A stretch of 64,000 nucleotides of DNA. Origin: Bdellovibrionales bacterium. Lineage in GTDB: Bacteria > Bdellovibrionota > UBA1018 > CAIMNF01. Made by a program: the position numbers and the translations under genes. The notes under the pieces were generated by a model. It worked only from the letters and a program-made list of their open reading frames with translations, was not told the origin of the DNA and made no database searches. This document shows positions 8,783-18,828 of the stretch, one piece after another (within the stretch, counting starts at the first letter, position 1; each line of letters begins with the position of its first letter). Location: the NCBI GenBank assembly GCA_040380025.1, contig JBEIJY010000007.1:1-64000 (forward strand), written 5' to 3'.

Positions 8783-11191
8783 GTGAAGTCTCCGATCCGG
8801 AACCTTCTCGATTTCACTCCGACGGCCCTTCTTGCGGTATTCACCACCGCGATTTTTCTCGCTCCCTATCTTGCACCGACGCCGCTACCGGTCCTTGATC
8901 TGACCCGAGCCGAGTGGAGTTCGTGTTTTCCTGACCGGGACGGAAGCGAATGCGAGCCCCGTCCGGCGCGGGTGCCGCAAGACGTGAATCGGCACAACTC
9001 GCCCGGATTCCAGGGAAGAATCCGGTACTCGGTGCGGTTCCCGACTCCGGACGCCTGCCGCCTCGGAAGCGGCTCCTGCTCGCTTTACATCGCAGAGCTC
9101 GGCGACTCCGCCGAATTCCGGCTGAACGGGGAGCCCCTGCCCTCTCATGGAGAATTCCGCTCCAAGGCCGTCTACCGCAAGCATTACCCCGTGAATCTCA
9201 GCCTGCCGGCAGCAGCACTCCGAAAGGAAGGCCCGAACACCCTCACGATCGAGGTTCACAGCTTCAAGAATGTGCAGGCGGGAATCCGCGGTGGTCCGGT
9301 CGGAATTTACGAACAAAAATGGGCCTTTTGCCTGACCCGGACGCGCATCTCGCAAACCATCCTGATTCCGCTCATCGCCGCGATCCTGATGTTCGTGATC
9401 GCTCTCACGGTTTCATGCTGCATGCTTCTGATGCGCACGCGGAGCGGCGAGCTCAAGGCGCTTCTGGGGTTCACGGTGGCGAGCGGGTTCTTCTTGTACT
9501 CCTTCACCGAGCTTCCCCGCGAATTCCTGCCCGTACCGCTCGCAGGATTCCTTCACTTCCTGTTTCGGATTCTCGCGGACTACTCGTTCTTCGAACTGGC
9601 ACGGATCACCTTCTTCCGGAACTCGCAGAGCTTGTCGCGTCTTCGCATCGCCTACTGGGCGATGCTCCTCTCGTATCCGGTCACGTTTCTGCTCGAGACC
9701 ATGAATCAAAGTGTTGCGATCCGGGGATTCGACGACGCCTACCTTCTCACCCGTCTTGCACTCCCCTTGCTTCTGATCCCGCATCTGGTCGCCTTCCGCG
9801 GAGCTTTACTCATGGAACGCTCGCGGCTGAAGCCCGTCCTGATCGGGATCTTCGGATTCTCGATGATCTGTCAGATCAACGATGCGTTGATTTTTCACGG
9901 ACTTCGGAGCGGACCGTATCTGATCCGCGTTTATCTGATTCCGATCGCATTCGGGATGGGACTCTGGATCTTCTCGCGGATCAGCCAGCGGATGATCGAA
10001 CGCGCGCTCCACCTGAAGTCCGATGCCCTGCTCGGCTCGATCACAGGGCAGGTCGCGCATGACATCCGCTCGCCGCTGGCCGCACTCGAAATGCTCTCGG
10101 ACCACCTATCCGAGCTTCCCGAAGAAAAACGCCGCATCCTCCGGAACTCGATCTCGCGGATCAAGGACATCGCAAACTCCCTGAAAAACCCCTCGAACAC
10201 GGCAATCGTGCGCCGTCCCCTCGGTGCGGCGCCCGCACGCGAGGAACCCGTGCCCGAGGAACCCGCTCCCGTCGCCCTCCAAAACCGGGCCGCGAGCGAA
10301 GAGCTCCTGATCGCTCCCGTGATCGAAGAACTGATCACCGAAAAACGCCTCGAATACCGGCATCTTCCCGGCATTCAGATCGGCTTCGAGCAATCCCGGG
10401 AGTGCTACGGCCTTGCGGCCGCGATCGAGGTGACGGCCTTCAAACGAGTCCTCTCGAATCTGGTGAACAACTCGGTCGAGGCGATTCCGGGCGGAACGGG
10501 TTCGATTTCGATCCTCCTTGCGCCGGGGGAACAGAACACCGTTCAAATCAAGATCAAAGACGACGGAATCGGGATCGAGCCCGGGATTCTGAACCGCCTG
10601 GGCACCAAGGGCGCCACCTTCAATAAGGCCGGAGGCTCGGGCCTGGGCCTTGCCCATGCGCGCGAAACCCTGCTCCGGTGGAATGGCTCGATTTCGATCG
10701 ACTCCGCGCCGAAGCGGGGCACGACGGTGAGCCTGCGTCTTCCGAAAAAGCCGCCCCCCGCGTGGTTTGTTCCCGAACTCGCGTTCGAGCCGAACAGCAC
10801 GATCGTGGTGTTCGATGACGATCAGAGCATCCATCAGGTCTGGCGCGGGCGTTTTCTCGAGAAAACCGGCCGCGCATCGGCGCTCCGGCTCGAGCACTTC
10901 AGCGGCTCGCGCCAGCTCCGCGATTTTTACCGCAATCGCTTCTTTGACCTCGAAAATCCCTTGTTCCTGATGGACTACGAAATCCTCGGCGAATCAGGCG
11001 TGAACGGCCTGGACCTCGTCGAAGAGCTCGGAATCGCCGGAAGCGCGGTCCTGGTCACGAGCCGGTACGAAGACCCCTCGATCCGCGCCCGTTGCGAGCG
11101 GATGGGCCTCCGGATGATTCCGAAATCGATGTCGGGCTTTGTTCCGATCCTCGAGGCTCAAGGAGACCGGAGCGCGACCGAATTCAAATAA
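8783..11191 (+). CDS. Membrane sensor histidine kinase (periplasmic sugar-binding-like beta-sandwich, ~7 TM, HisKA/HATPase, degenerate C-terminal receiver)
   Basis: GTG start 4 bp after the methyltransferase stop; QVAHDIRSPL H-box, SNLVNNSVEA, IKDDGIGI, GSGLGL; C-terminal VVFDDD...LMDYE...LVTS receiver-like segment. Confidence 0.88.
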   Translation: MKSPIRNLLDFTPTALLAVFTTAIFLAPYLAPTPLPVLDLTRAEWSSCFPDRDGSECEPRPARVPQDVNRHNSPGFQGRIRYSVRFPTPDACRLGSGSCSLYIAELGDSAEFRLNGEPLPSHGEFRSKAVYRKHYPVNLSLPAAALRKEGPNTLTIEVHSFKNVQAGIRGGPVGIYEQKWAFCLTRTRISQTILIPLIAAILMFVIALTVSCCMLLMRTRSGELKALLGFTVASGFFLYSFTELPREFLPVPLAGFLHFLFRILADYSFFELARITFFRNSQSLSRLRIAYWAMLLSYPVTFLLETMNQSVAIRGFDDAYLLTRLALPLLLIPHLVAFRGALLMERSRLKPVLIGIFGFSMICQINDALIFHGLRSGPYLIRVYLIPIAFGMGLWIFSRISQRMIERALHLKSDALLGSITGQVAHDIRSPLAALEMLSDHLSELPEEKRRILRNSISRIKDIANSLKNPSNTAIVRRPLGAAPAREEPVPEEPAPVALQNRAASEELLIAPVIEELITEKRLEYRHLPGIQIGFEQSRECYGLAAAIEVTAFKRVLSNLVNNSVEAIPGGTGSISILLAPGEQNTVQIKIKDDGIGIEPGILNRLGTKGATFNKAGGSGLGLAHARETLLRWNGSISIDSAPKRGTTVSLRLPKKPPPAWFVPELAFEPNSTIVVFDDDQSIHQVWRGRFLEKTGRASALRLEHFSGSRQLRDFYRNRFFDLENPLFLMDYEILGESGVNGLDLVEELGIAGSAVLVTSRYEDPSIRARCERMGLRMIPKSMSGFVPILEAQGDRSATEFK

Positions 11192-11988
11192 CGGTGGTAG
11201 CGGTTCAGGACTTCCCACTTCACGCGGTCCCGCGCCATGCGCTCCGCGAATTTCTGGTGGAATCCGAAGTCGGAGCGATTCCGAAGCTCAAGTCCGGCGT
11301 CGAGCCCCCGCGCGATCAGCCGGAGCACGAGGCCCGCATACCACTGCGAGATTCCCGCCGAATCCGATGAATCCTCATCGAACTTCCGGAGCGCTTCCTC
11401 GCCCAACACGCGCTTCAGCGTGAACGAGGACGCGCCGATGAAAACCCGAAGCAACTCGGCTTCGATCGCGGCCCGGTCTTTTTTTCGAGCGGGCGAAGGA
11501 GGAGTCGTCGCCGGAGCGGCTGGAGCAGAGGAGGAGGCATCACCCCCAGGAAACTCGATCTCGGGCGCGCGTTTCGAGGTCTCGTCGAACAAGGTCGGAT
11601 TCCGCATCGCGAGCTGGAGCTCGGCCATCTCGGAGGCGAACGCACGGAGTTCCTGCGGGGATGCGCCTTTTGATTTCGACTCGAGCGCGCGATACCGCGT
11701 TCCCATCACGATCCCGCGATAAATCCCCTCGAGACTCGCCCCCTGATTCAAAGAGCGGGACAGCTCCTCGAACGATCCGGGATCCTCGATCTGATCCTCA
11801 CGGAACACCACGCGAATCATCTCGGCCAGAAGCTCGCGGTTTTCTCGTGCCAGCGTCTCGACCGGCGAGGGTGCAAGAGCGGGAGTAGGCGTGCTTGTGA
11901 GGGGCCTTTCGCGAAACCGCTCCGTGACCTTGCAACCCGACAAACCAAGAAGCAAAAAAACAGCGATCGAACGATCGCAACGAATCAC
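11158..11988 (-). CDS. Hypothetical lipoprotein
   Basis: GTG start overlapping the permease stop (GTGA); lipobox-like LLLGLSGC. Confidence 0.65.
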   Translation of the reverse strand: MIRCDRSIAVFLLLGLSGCKVTERFRERPLTSTPTPALAPSPVETLARENRELLAEMIRVVFREDQIEDPGSFEELSRSLNQGASLEGIYRGIVMGTRYRALESKSKGASPQELRAFASEMAELQLAMRNPTLFDETSKRAPEIEFPGGDASSSAPAAPATTPPSPARKKDRAAIEAELLRVFIGASSFTLKRVLGEEALRKFDEDSSDSAGISQWYAGLVLRLIARGLDAGLELRNRSDFGFHQKFAERMARDRVKWEVLNRYHRYLNSVALRSP

Positions 11989-12863
11989 TCCACCACCCCG
12001 AGGGCCTTGGGCGCGCGGGAGCGGCCCACGGCGGAAGCGAGCACCACGATCGTGATCAGATAAGGAAGGATCTGGATCCACTGCACGGGAACCGGCTCTT
12101 CACTGCCCGGAAGCACCACCCCCTGAAGCCGGGTCTGGATCTGCTCGGTGAACCCGAACAACAGGCACGCGAGCACGGTTTGCACCGGACGCCATTTGCC
12201 CAGAATCACGGCCGCAAGGGCGATAAAGCCCCTTCCGGCCGACATGTTCCGGATGAATGAGGACGAAAGATACGTCGACAGGGTCGCACCCGCGATTCCC
12301 GACAAAATGCCGCTCAAGAGCACGCCCTGCCAGCGTTTGACGGCGACCGAAACGCCCGCGCTCTTCAGCGCCTCGGGATGTTCCCCGGCGAACCGCAAGC
12401 GAAGCCCGAATTTTGTGCGCGTGTACACGAACACGCTGAACGCCACCGTAAGTCCGGTCAGGATGAGCGGCAGGAACCGCAACTGCGCCTCGCCCGGAAT
12501 GGGCGGGGTCGAACCGGTCGAATCGAACCAGATTTTCGAAAGAAACGGCGGAACACCGAGCGCAAACAGATTCACCGCGGTTCCGGCCACGATCTGGTTC
12601 GCTCTGAACCGCAACACCGAAAACCCGTACAGAACCGACAACAGCGCCCCCGCAAGCGCACCCGCCAAGAGACCAAGATAAGAGTTGCTGAAGTACAGCG
12701 TCGTCACCGCGGCAAAGAACGAACCCACGAGCATGAAGCCCTCGAGTCCGATCTGGATCACTCCGCTGCGCTCGCACCACATCCCCCCGAGTGCCGCAAA
12801 AATCAGCGGGGTCGAAACCCGAAGCACCGGAAGGGCCCAATTCGTGAAGATCTCAGCCAGCAT
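11985..12863 (-). CDS. Nucleoside/sugar ABC transporter permease
   Basis: ERSGVIQIGLEG, GEHPEALKSAGVSV, GRGFIALAAVILGKW motifs; polytopic. Confidence 0.92.
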   Translation of the reverse strand: MLAEIFTNWALPVLRVSTPLIFAALGGMWCERSGVIQIGLEGFMLVGSFFAAVTTLYFSNSYLGLLAGALAGALLSVLYGFSVLRFRANQIVAGTAVNLFALGVPPFLSKIWFDSTGSTPPIPGEAQLRFLPLILTGLTVAFSVFVYTRTKFGLRLRFAGEHPEALKSAGVSVAVKRWQGVLLSGILSGIAGATLSTYLSSSFIRNMSAGRGFIALAAVILGKWRPVQTVLACLLFGFTEQIQTRLQGVVLPGSEEPVPVQWIQILPYLITIVVLASAVGRSRAPKALGVVE

Positions 12864-13923
12864 TGCTTCTCCACCTTTGTCCGAGTTTTCCGACCGCATC
12901 CCAGAGTCCTTCGGCCGAGACCCCGAGAATGATCAATCCCTGAATCAGATACGACAAATCGCGGGTGACTTTTTCGGTTTCGAGATCAAGACTGGCCGCT
13001 CCCTTTTGCAGAAACCCGAACAAGAATGCGGCAGGAAGGATCCCCATGATGTTCCCCCGCGCGACAAGGGCAACGGCGATTCCGACAAAGCCATAGTCGG
13101 CCGAGAATCCGATCTTGAACCGATGGGAGTTTCCGAGGATCTCAATCAGACCGACGAGCCCCGCGACTCCACCTGCGACGAACATCGAGGACATCCAGGC
13201 GCGTGCCCTTGGGATTCCGTAGGTCTCGGCCGCCGTTTCATTCTCTCCGAGGGCCTTCAGCTCATAGCCCCACACACTGTTCCAGAGCACCTGATGGAGC
13301 ACGACCACGAGCAGGATCAGGAAAAAAATCAACCCGCCCATCGGGGCTCCGTTGAAGACCGAAAATGGCGCGAGATGAAACGACGCCGGAAGAGGGATCG
13401 TCTCGGCCTGTGCCGAGTTCGGATCCTTGATCGTGTAGAGGGTGAAGTACGAGGTCACCCCGGCCGCGATGAAATTGAGCATGATGGTCGTGATCACCTC
13501 ATGACTGCCGCGCTTGGCCTTCAGGTACCCGGGAATGAGTCCCCAGAGTCCCCCTGCCAAAAACGCAAGCCCCGCCGCAAAAGGAACGGCGATCCAGGGC
13601 GAGGTGATTCCGGAACCGAGCACTCCGGCCCAGGCGGCGGCGAGCGCACCGATCGTGAGCTGACCCTCGGCTCCGATGTTGAAGAGTCCTGCCTTGAAGG
13701 GGATCGCCACCGCAAGGCCGGTCAGAATCAGAGGCGCGGTGTAAAACAAGGTCATTCCGAAATCATACCCGGAGCCGAATCCGCTCCGGTAAAGAATGCC
13801 GATGATCTTCATCGGCGACTCGCCCGCCAAAGCACAAACCAGGAGCCCCGCTCCGAAGCCTGCAAGGGCTCCGGCAAACGAGCGAAGAAACGATCGGAAC
13901 GAAGCCGGCAGAAGATTCTTCAT
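12853..13923 (-). CDS. Nucleoside/sugar ABC transporter permease
   Basis: GLFNIGAEGQ, HEVITTIMLNF, GFVGIAVALV motifs. Confidence 0.92.
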   Translation of the reverse strand: MKNLLPASFRSFLRSFAGALAGFGAGLLVCALAGESPMKIIGILYRSGFGSGYDFGMTLFYTAPLILTGLAVAIPFKAGLFNIGAEGQLTIGALAAAWAGVLGSGITSPWIAVPFAAGLAFLAGGLWGLIPGYLKAKRGSHEVITTIMLNFIAAGVTSYFTLYTIKDPNSAQAETIPLPASFHLAPFSVFNGAPMGGLIFFLILLVVVLHQVLWNSVWGYELKALGENETAAETYGIPRARAWMSSMFVAGGVAGLVGLIEILGNSHRFKIGFSADYGFVGIAVALVARGNIMGILPAAFLFGFLQKGAASLDLETEKVTRDLSYLIQGLIILGVSAEGLWDAVGKLGQRWRSNAG

Positions 13924-15446
13924 TTCTCTCCTCCCCCCATCACCCGGCCCATCGACCAGGCATCGAATTCCGATCGCGCATAGGTGGCGCGGACGGATCC
14001 GTTGTAAAACACCAAAATGCGATCGCTCAGATCGATCAGCTCATCGAGCTCGGACGAGAAGAGCAACACGGCTTTTCCGCGATTCCGCTCCTGCATGATC
14101 GCCTCGTGGATTTTTTCGATCGCCCCGACATCCACCCCGCGCGTCGGGTGCGCGATCAGGAGCACATCCGGGTTCGAGTCGAGGGCGCGGGCGATCACGA
14201 GCTTTTGCTGGTTTCCGCCGCTCATGCGCCCCGTCCATACCGTCGTGAAAGGAGGCCGGATGTCGAACTCCTTGATCTTCTCTTCGACCCGGGTGCGGAC
14301 CACACCCCGGTTCAGGAAGCCGCGAGTCCCGTACCGGGGATCGCGATGCTGACCGAGCAGAAAATTCTCGGTCAGATCCTGATGCAACAAAAGCCCTTCC
14401 GAGAGGCGGTCCTCGGGGACGAGCCCCACCCCGGCATCGCGGAGGGAGAGCGGATCAAACCGGCTTGCGTCCTTGCCCTTCAGCAAAATCAGGCCTTCCG
14501 AACTTCCCTCGAATCGCGCGGGATGGGTCAGGTAACGAAGAAGCGTGGTCTGGCCGTTCCCCTGCACGCCTGCGATGCCCAGAATTTCTCCGGGACGGAT
14601 CTCGAAACTCACATCGCGGACGGGCTCCGAGGAACTCTCGACCGAAAGGCCCTTCACAGCGAGCACGGGGCGGGTGGCGCCACCCGCCGTGGCGAAAATC
14701 TTCCGCTCGCCCTGATAGGTGAACGAAACCGGACGCCCCACCATCATCTGCGCAAGCTCATCCTCGTTCGTCTCGGAGGTGATTTTGGTGCCCACTCCCT
14801 CGCCCCGCCTCATCACGGTGACCGAGTCGGTGAACTCGAGCACTTCCTTCAGCTTGTGCGAGATCAAAAGAATGGTCTTTCCCTCATCCTTCAGGCGCCG
14901 GAGGTTCTGAAACAGCTCCTTCACCTCTTGCGGGGTCAGAACGGCCGTGGGCTCGTCAAGAATCAGCACTTCGGATCGTTGGTAGAGGAGTTTCAGGATC
15001 TCGACCCTTTGCTGTTCGCCCACCGAGAGCTCCGACACCGGGCTGTCCCAGCGGTCGAACGAGAGCCCGTAGTCGGAGGAAATTTTACGGAGAGTGACGC
15101 GGGCCTTTTCGCGGTTGATGCCGAAGAATCCGGGCTCATGGCCCAAAATGATATTATCGAGAACGGTTTCGGGACCCGCCAGCATGAAATGCTGGTGGAC
15201 CATTCCGATCCCGTGCTTCATGGCATGAACGGGGCTTTTGATCCGAACGGGCTTTCCGCCGACCAGGATCTCGCCCTCATCGGCCGGATGGATCCCGAAC
15301 AGGACCTTCATCGCGGTCGACTTGCCGGCGCCGTTTTCGCCGATCAGACCATGAATCGACCCTGCGCGGACCTCAAAGCTCAGGTCGCGATTGGCATAAA
15401 AGGACCCAAAGCGCTTGGAGACTCCGCGAAACTCGAGCGCGTTCAT
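13920..15446 (-). CDS. Nucleoside/sugar ABC transporter ATP-binding protein (tandem NBDs)
   Basis: GENGAGKST, LSVGEQQRVEILK, ILDEPT, SGGNQQK, PTRGVDVGA. Confidence 0.95.
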   Translation of the reverse strand: MNALEFRGVSKRFGSFYANRDLSFEVRAGSIHGLIGENGAGKSTAMKVLFGIHPADEGEILVGGKPVRIKSPVHAMKHGIGMVHQHFMLAGPETVLDNIILGHEPGFFGINREKARVTLRKISSDYGLSFDRWDSPVSELSVGEQQRVEILKLLYQRSEVLILDEPTAVLTPQEVKELFQNLRRLKDEGKTILLISHKLKEVLEFTDSVTVMRRGEGVGTKITSETNEDELAQMMVGRPVSFTYQGERKIFATAGGATRPVLAVKGLSVESSSEPVRDVSFEIRPGEILGIAGVQGNGQTTLLRYLTHPARFEGSSEGLILLKGKDASRFDPLSLRDAGVGLVPEDRLSEGLLLHQDLTENFLLGQHRDPRYGTRGFLNRGVVRTRVEEKIKEFDIRPPFTTVWTGRMSGGNQQKLVIARALDSNPDVLLIAHPTRGVDVGAIEKIHEAIMQERNRGKAVLLFSSELDELIDLSDRILVFYNGSVRATYARSEFDAWSMGRVMGGGEK

Positions 15447-16465
15447 TTTTTCTTCTGGACGAGATAATAATCAGGAACCTTGATCTTGCCATTGATGATC
15501 TGCGAGCGAAGCGATTCGAGCTCTTTTTTATTCACTTCGCTGACCAGCTTCGCATTGTTTTCATCGACTGCGTAATCGACTCCTTTCGACTTCACTCCGA
15601 GTCGAACCAGGCCGGTGGTGAACTTGCCCTCTTTGTACATCTTCACGGACTCGAACACGGCATCATCCACGCGCTTCAGCATCGATGACAGAACAAATCC
15701 GGGCTTGATCCAGTTCTGGTTCGAATCAACCCCGATCGCGAGCTTGCCCTTTTCGGCCGCCGCATCGAAGACCCCGAGCCCGGAGTTGCCGGCCGCCACA
15801 AAAATGACATCCACTCCGTGGTTGTATTGGTCAAACGCGAGCTCTTTCGCCTTCGGGGGATTGTTCCAAGCCTCTCCGGTCACGCCAAGATAGTTTGCGA
15901 CCACTTGGGCTTTCGGATTGATTTTTTTGACACCCGCCTCGTAGCCCATCTGGAATCGACGGATCAGGGGAACATCCATGCCACCGATGAAGCCGACTTT
16001 TCCGGTTTTGGAGTGCATGGCGGCCAGGGCTCCCACCAGAAAGCTTCCCTCGTGCTCCTCGAACATCACCGAACGGACATTCGGGGCTTTCGCATCCTCA
16101 TCGATCAGCAAGAACTTCTGATCAGGAAACCGTGCCGCGTTCTTTTTGATCGCCTCAAGCTGATGGAATCCGACGGCCACCACGAGGTCGAATTTCTTCT
16201 CTGCAAAGGCTCTTTGAAGCGACTCATAGGCCGAGTTGTCGGGCGCTTCGACAGTCTTGGTGACCACACCCAGCTCTTTTTCGGCGCGCTTCAGCCCCTG
16301 GTAGGCCGAGGCATTGAAGGATTTGTCGTCTTTCCCGGAGCGTTCCAGAACGAGCCCCACCTTGATCTCGGCACTTGAATTGGCCGCATGACACACCAGA
16401 ACCATCAGGCAAAGAGAGACCTTCCCGAACCAACGAAGACACATTGTGCTCATGCCCCAATTCAT
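15443..16465 (-). CDS. BMP-family ABC transporter substrate-binding protein
   Basis: DDKSFN, EHEGSFLVGALAA, GFIGGM, AIGVDSNQ, SMLKRVD; signal peptide. Confidence 0.93.
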   Translation of the reverse strand: MNWGMSTMCLRWFGKVSLCLMVLVCHAANSSAEIKVGLVLERSGKDDKSFNASAYQGLKRAEKELGVVTKTVEAPDNSAYESLQRAFAEKKFDLVVAVGFHQLEAIKKNAARFPDQKFLLIDEDAKAPNVRSVMFEEHEGSFLVGALAAMHSKTGKVGFIGGMDVPLIRRFQMGYEAGVKKINPKAQVVANYLGVTGEAWNNPPKAKELAFDQYNHGVDVIFVAAGNSGLGVFDAAAEKGKLAIGVDSNQNWIKPGFVLSSMLKRVDDAVFESVKMYKEGKFTTGLVRLGVKSKGVDYAVDENNAKLVSEVNKKELESLRSQIINGKIKVPDYYLVQKKK

Positions 16466-16491
16466 ACCCGATTCGAACCCCGTTCGTCGAA

Positions 16492-16520
16492 TTGATTTTG
16501 ACCCCCACAGGGGCTACCCT
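16492..16520 (+). promoter_or_regulatory. Sigma70-like promoter, probably leaderless
   Basis: TTGATT-N17-TACCCT-N6-GTG (start of the Tad-domain gene); no Shine-Dalgarno. Confidence 0.55.
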
Positions 16521-16526
16521 GAAAGA

Positions 16527-18746
16527 GTGGGGCAATCGGGGAAAACCGTCAGGGATCAAAAGCGAAATCGACTCGGGGACAATCAGGGACAGTCGATCTT
16601 CATGGTCGCCATCCTGATCCTGACCCTGATTCTTTTTTTCACGTTCACGGTCAATACGGGGCTTCTGATCCACGCCAAGATCAGCGTCCAGGCCGCGGCC
16701 GACGCCGCCGCCTATTCCGGAGCCGCAACTCAAGGAAGATGGTTGAACGCGATCTCGTTTTTGAACTACGACATGCGCCGGCAGTACAAAAAATTCCTGT
16801 TCCGGAACGCCTTTGTGGGAAACATGGGGAGTCCGGATTTCCTGAGCGGATCATTTGCGCAAGGGGATGTCGATGCGGACGGACGCTATCTTTTTCCGAA
16901 GTTCGACCGGTCTGGAAGCCCTGTCGATTATAAAAAAACCATCAACCTCCGCGTGCCGGCAGTCTGCATGCCCATGTTTCCGAACCCAAACGGTCCTTCC
17001 GGCAAGAACGAAGACAATTGCATGGCAATCAACCAAAGAAACACAACGCAGGATGTGCTTCAGCAGGTCGGAATTCTCGCAGGAACAGGCGGCTCCATCC
17101 TCGATACGTATCTGGATGCCTCCCGAAGCATCATGGCGCTTCAGAACGAGCTTTGCAAAGCCCAGGGGCTCATCAACCAGTTCGTGCTCCTGACTTGGGC
17201 ATTCCGGGGCGACTCCGACAACCAGGAAATCAACCGGATTCTCGACCGGCTGTACACCAGCATCCCCGGCGCAAGCCAACAGCTGCAGGACCGGAGCCGC
17301 CTGAATAGAATCATCGCAGAGGTCACCAAGGGACTGGGTTTGTACCCCAAGAATATTTTCACCCTGATGCGGATCCAAACCCTGGTCGAGTTTCTGAACA
17401 CCACTCCCCAAACCGTGAATCCCGACCAGCTCGAGGCATGGGAGAGGGCCACAGACACCGCCGACACGCACGAGCATTCCATTCTGGCCTTTCGGTCCGC
17501 CCTCTCGAATCTGAATCACTCGGTGTTCGACGTCTCGAAAACCGAGATGCAGGAACTGCATCAGGCCAAAACCCTGGACGCCCAGACCGTCGAGGCCGAC
17601 ATCGACACCTTCATTCAAGTCATGATTCCGAGTGCGACCTTGAACCCTTCCGCCGCGACCTTTTGCAATGCCTCGATTCATCAGATCCCGCTCCGGGGAA
17701 TTCCGGTTGGCGTGAAACTGAACCGGCGCCCGGGAACCAATGTGGTGTACGGAGTGAAGCTCAGGGCCTTCGTGAAGCCCCGCGGGCTATTCTTCGCCCC
17801 CTGGAACGAGCCGCTCGAGCTCTCGGCCTATGCGGCGGCGAAGCCATTCGGAAGCCGGACCGGTCCCTCTGACCTGAATCCCGAGGCGGAGCTCTACGAA
17901 AAAGAAGTCGATTTGAGCTCGGTGGTTGTGAACGGAGAACACATTTGCAATCCGGGCGCTGTCGCCCTAGGTCACAAATGCAACGTACCCAACATGAAGG
18001 TCGACCCTTCCGACTCAAAACTCACATTTTTCCATCAGGATTTCTTGAAGAAGATGGCGGAGCTCTCAACCAGCCGGCCTGCGGGCACCAATAAGGTCAT
18101 CCTCGATGATAGCAAGCTTCAAACCGCTCAACATCATGCCATGGCACCGAACCCGATCGAGGTGGGCCGATACAACATTCTCCCCCCGCCCCCCGAGAAC
18201 TTGGACTCTCTGAAATACGAATTCATCCCCTACTTTGACAAAGAAACCGCCCAAAGCCAGCAAACCGGACCCCAAGGCACCTACCAGGCCCCTCCGGCCT
18301 ATCGGTTCTACGCCCCGATCTTCAAAAAGGGCTCCGAGGATGTCAACGGCATCATCCAGAAGGTGCTCGACAAAACCCTGGATGGCGCATTTCCGAACCA
18401 GTTCGGAATCACCCTGAATGACGTCAAAGAGCAGACCAAGATCGCGATGAACAACTACTATCTGAACAAACTTAAATCGACCGGCGGAGACGACAACGAG
18501 ACTGAGACCTTCGCCGCGGTTCAACTTCCCTTATACAAACTGACCCCTCCGGGATCAAAAAAGTTCTGGCTCCAGACCGACAAAGAAGTCCTGAGCTCCT
18601 GGGGACCGGACCATGTGAAGATCGGGAAGACCCAATGGGGCTATCGGCCCCGTTTCGGGTATTCCGTCCGGTTCGTCGGCTTGCAAGACCTGCTGGCCGA
18701 AGGCTTGCAAGATGTGAGCGAAGAATTCGATCAAGTCGGACATTGA
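16527..18746 (+). CDS. Large TadE/TadG-like pseudopilin-domain protein
   Basis: Prepilin-like NQGQSIFMVAILIL...QAAADAAAYSGA N-terminus followed by a ~650-aa Cys-containing extracytoplasmic domain. Confidence 0.82.
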   Translation: MGQSGKTVRDQKRNRLGDNQGQSIFMVAILILTLILFFTFTVNTGLLIHAKISVQAAADAAAYSGAATQGRWLNAISFLNYDMRRQYKKFLFRNAFVGNMGSPDFLSGSFAQGDVDADGRYLFPKFDRSGSPVDYKKTINLRVPAVCMPMFPNPNGPSGKNEDNCMAINQRNTTQDVLQQVGILAGTGGSILDTYLDASRSIMALQNELCKAQGLINQFVLLTWAFRGDSDNQEINRILDRLYTSIPGASQQLQDRSRLNRIIAEVTKGLGLYPKNIFTLMRIQTLVEFLNTTPQTVNPDQLEAWERATDTADTHEHSILAFRSALSNLNHSVFDVSKTEMQELHQAKTLDAQTVEADIDTFIQVMIPSATLNPSAATFCNASIHQIPLRGIPVGVKLNRRPGTNVVYGVKLRAFVKPRGLFFAPWNEPLELSAYAAAKPFGSRTGPSDLNPEAELYEKEVDLSSVVVNGEHICNPGAVALGHKCNVPNMKVDPSDSKLTFFHQDFLKKMAELSTSRPAGTNKVILDDSKLQTAQHHAMAPNPIEVGRYNILPPPPENLDSLKYEFIPYFDKETAQSQQTGPQGTYQAPPAYRFYAPIFKKGSEDVNGIIQKVLDKTLDGAFPNQFGITLNDVKEQTKIAMNNYYLNKLKSTGGDDNETETFAAVQLPLYKLTPPGSKKFWLQTDKEVLSSWGPDHVKIGKTQWGYRPRFGYSVRFVGLQDLLAEGLQDVSEEFDQVGH

Positions 18747-18763
18747 TTTCCCGAGGGAACCCC

Positions 18764-18793
18764 TTGCCAAAACCATTCCCCTTTCGCTAGCTT
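18764..18793 (+). promoter_or_regulatory. Sigma70-like promoter of the histone-like gene
   Basis: TTGCCA-N18-TAGCTT, followed by AAGGAG SD before ATG 18829. Confidence 0.45.
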
Positions 18794-18828
18794 TCAAGGG
18801 TACGCCGTTCCAAAAAAGGAGAATCACC

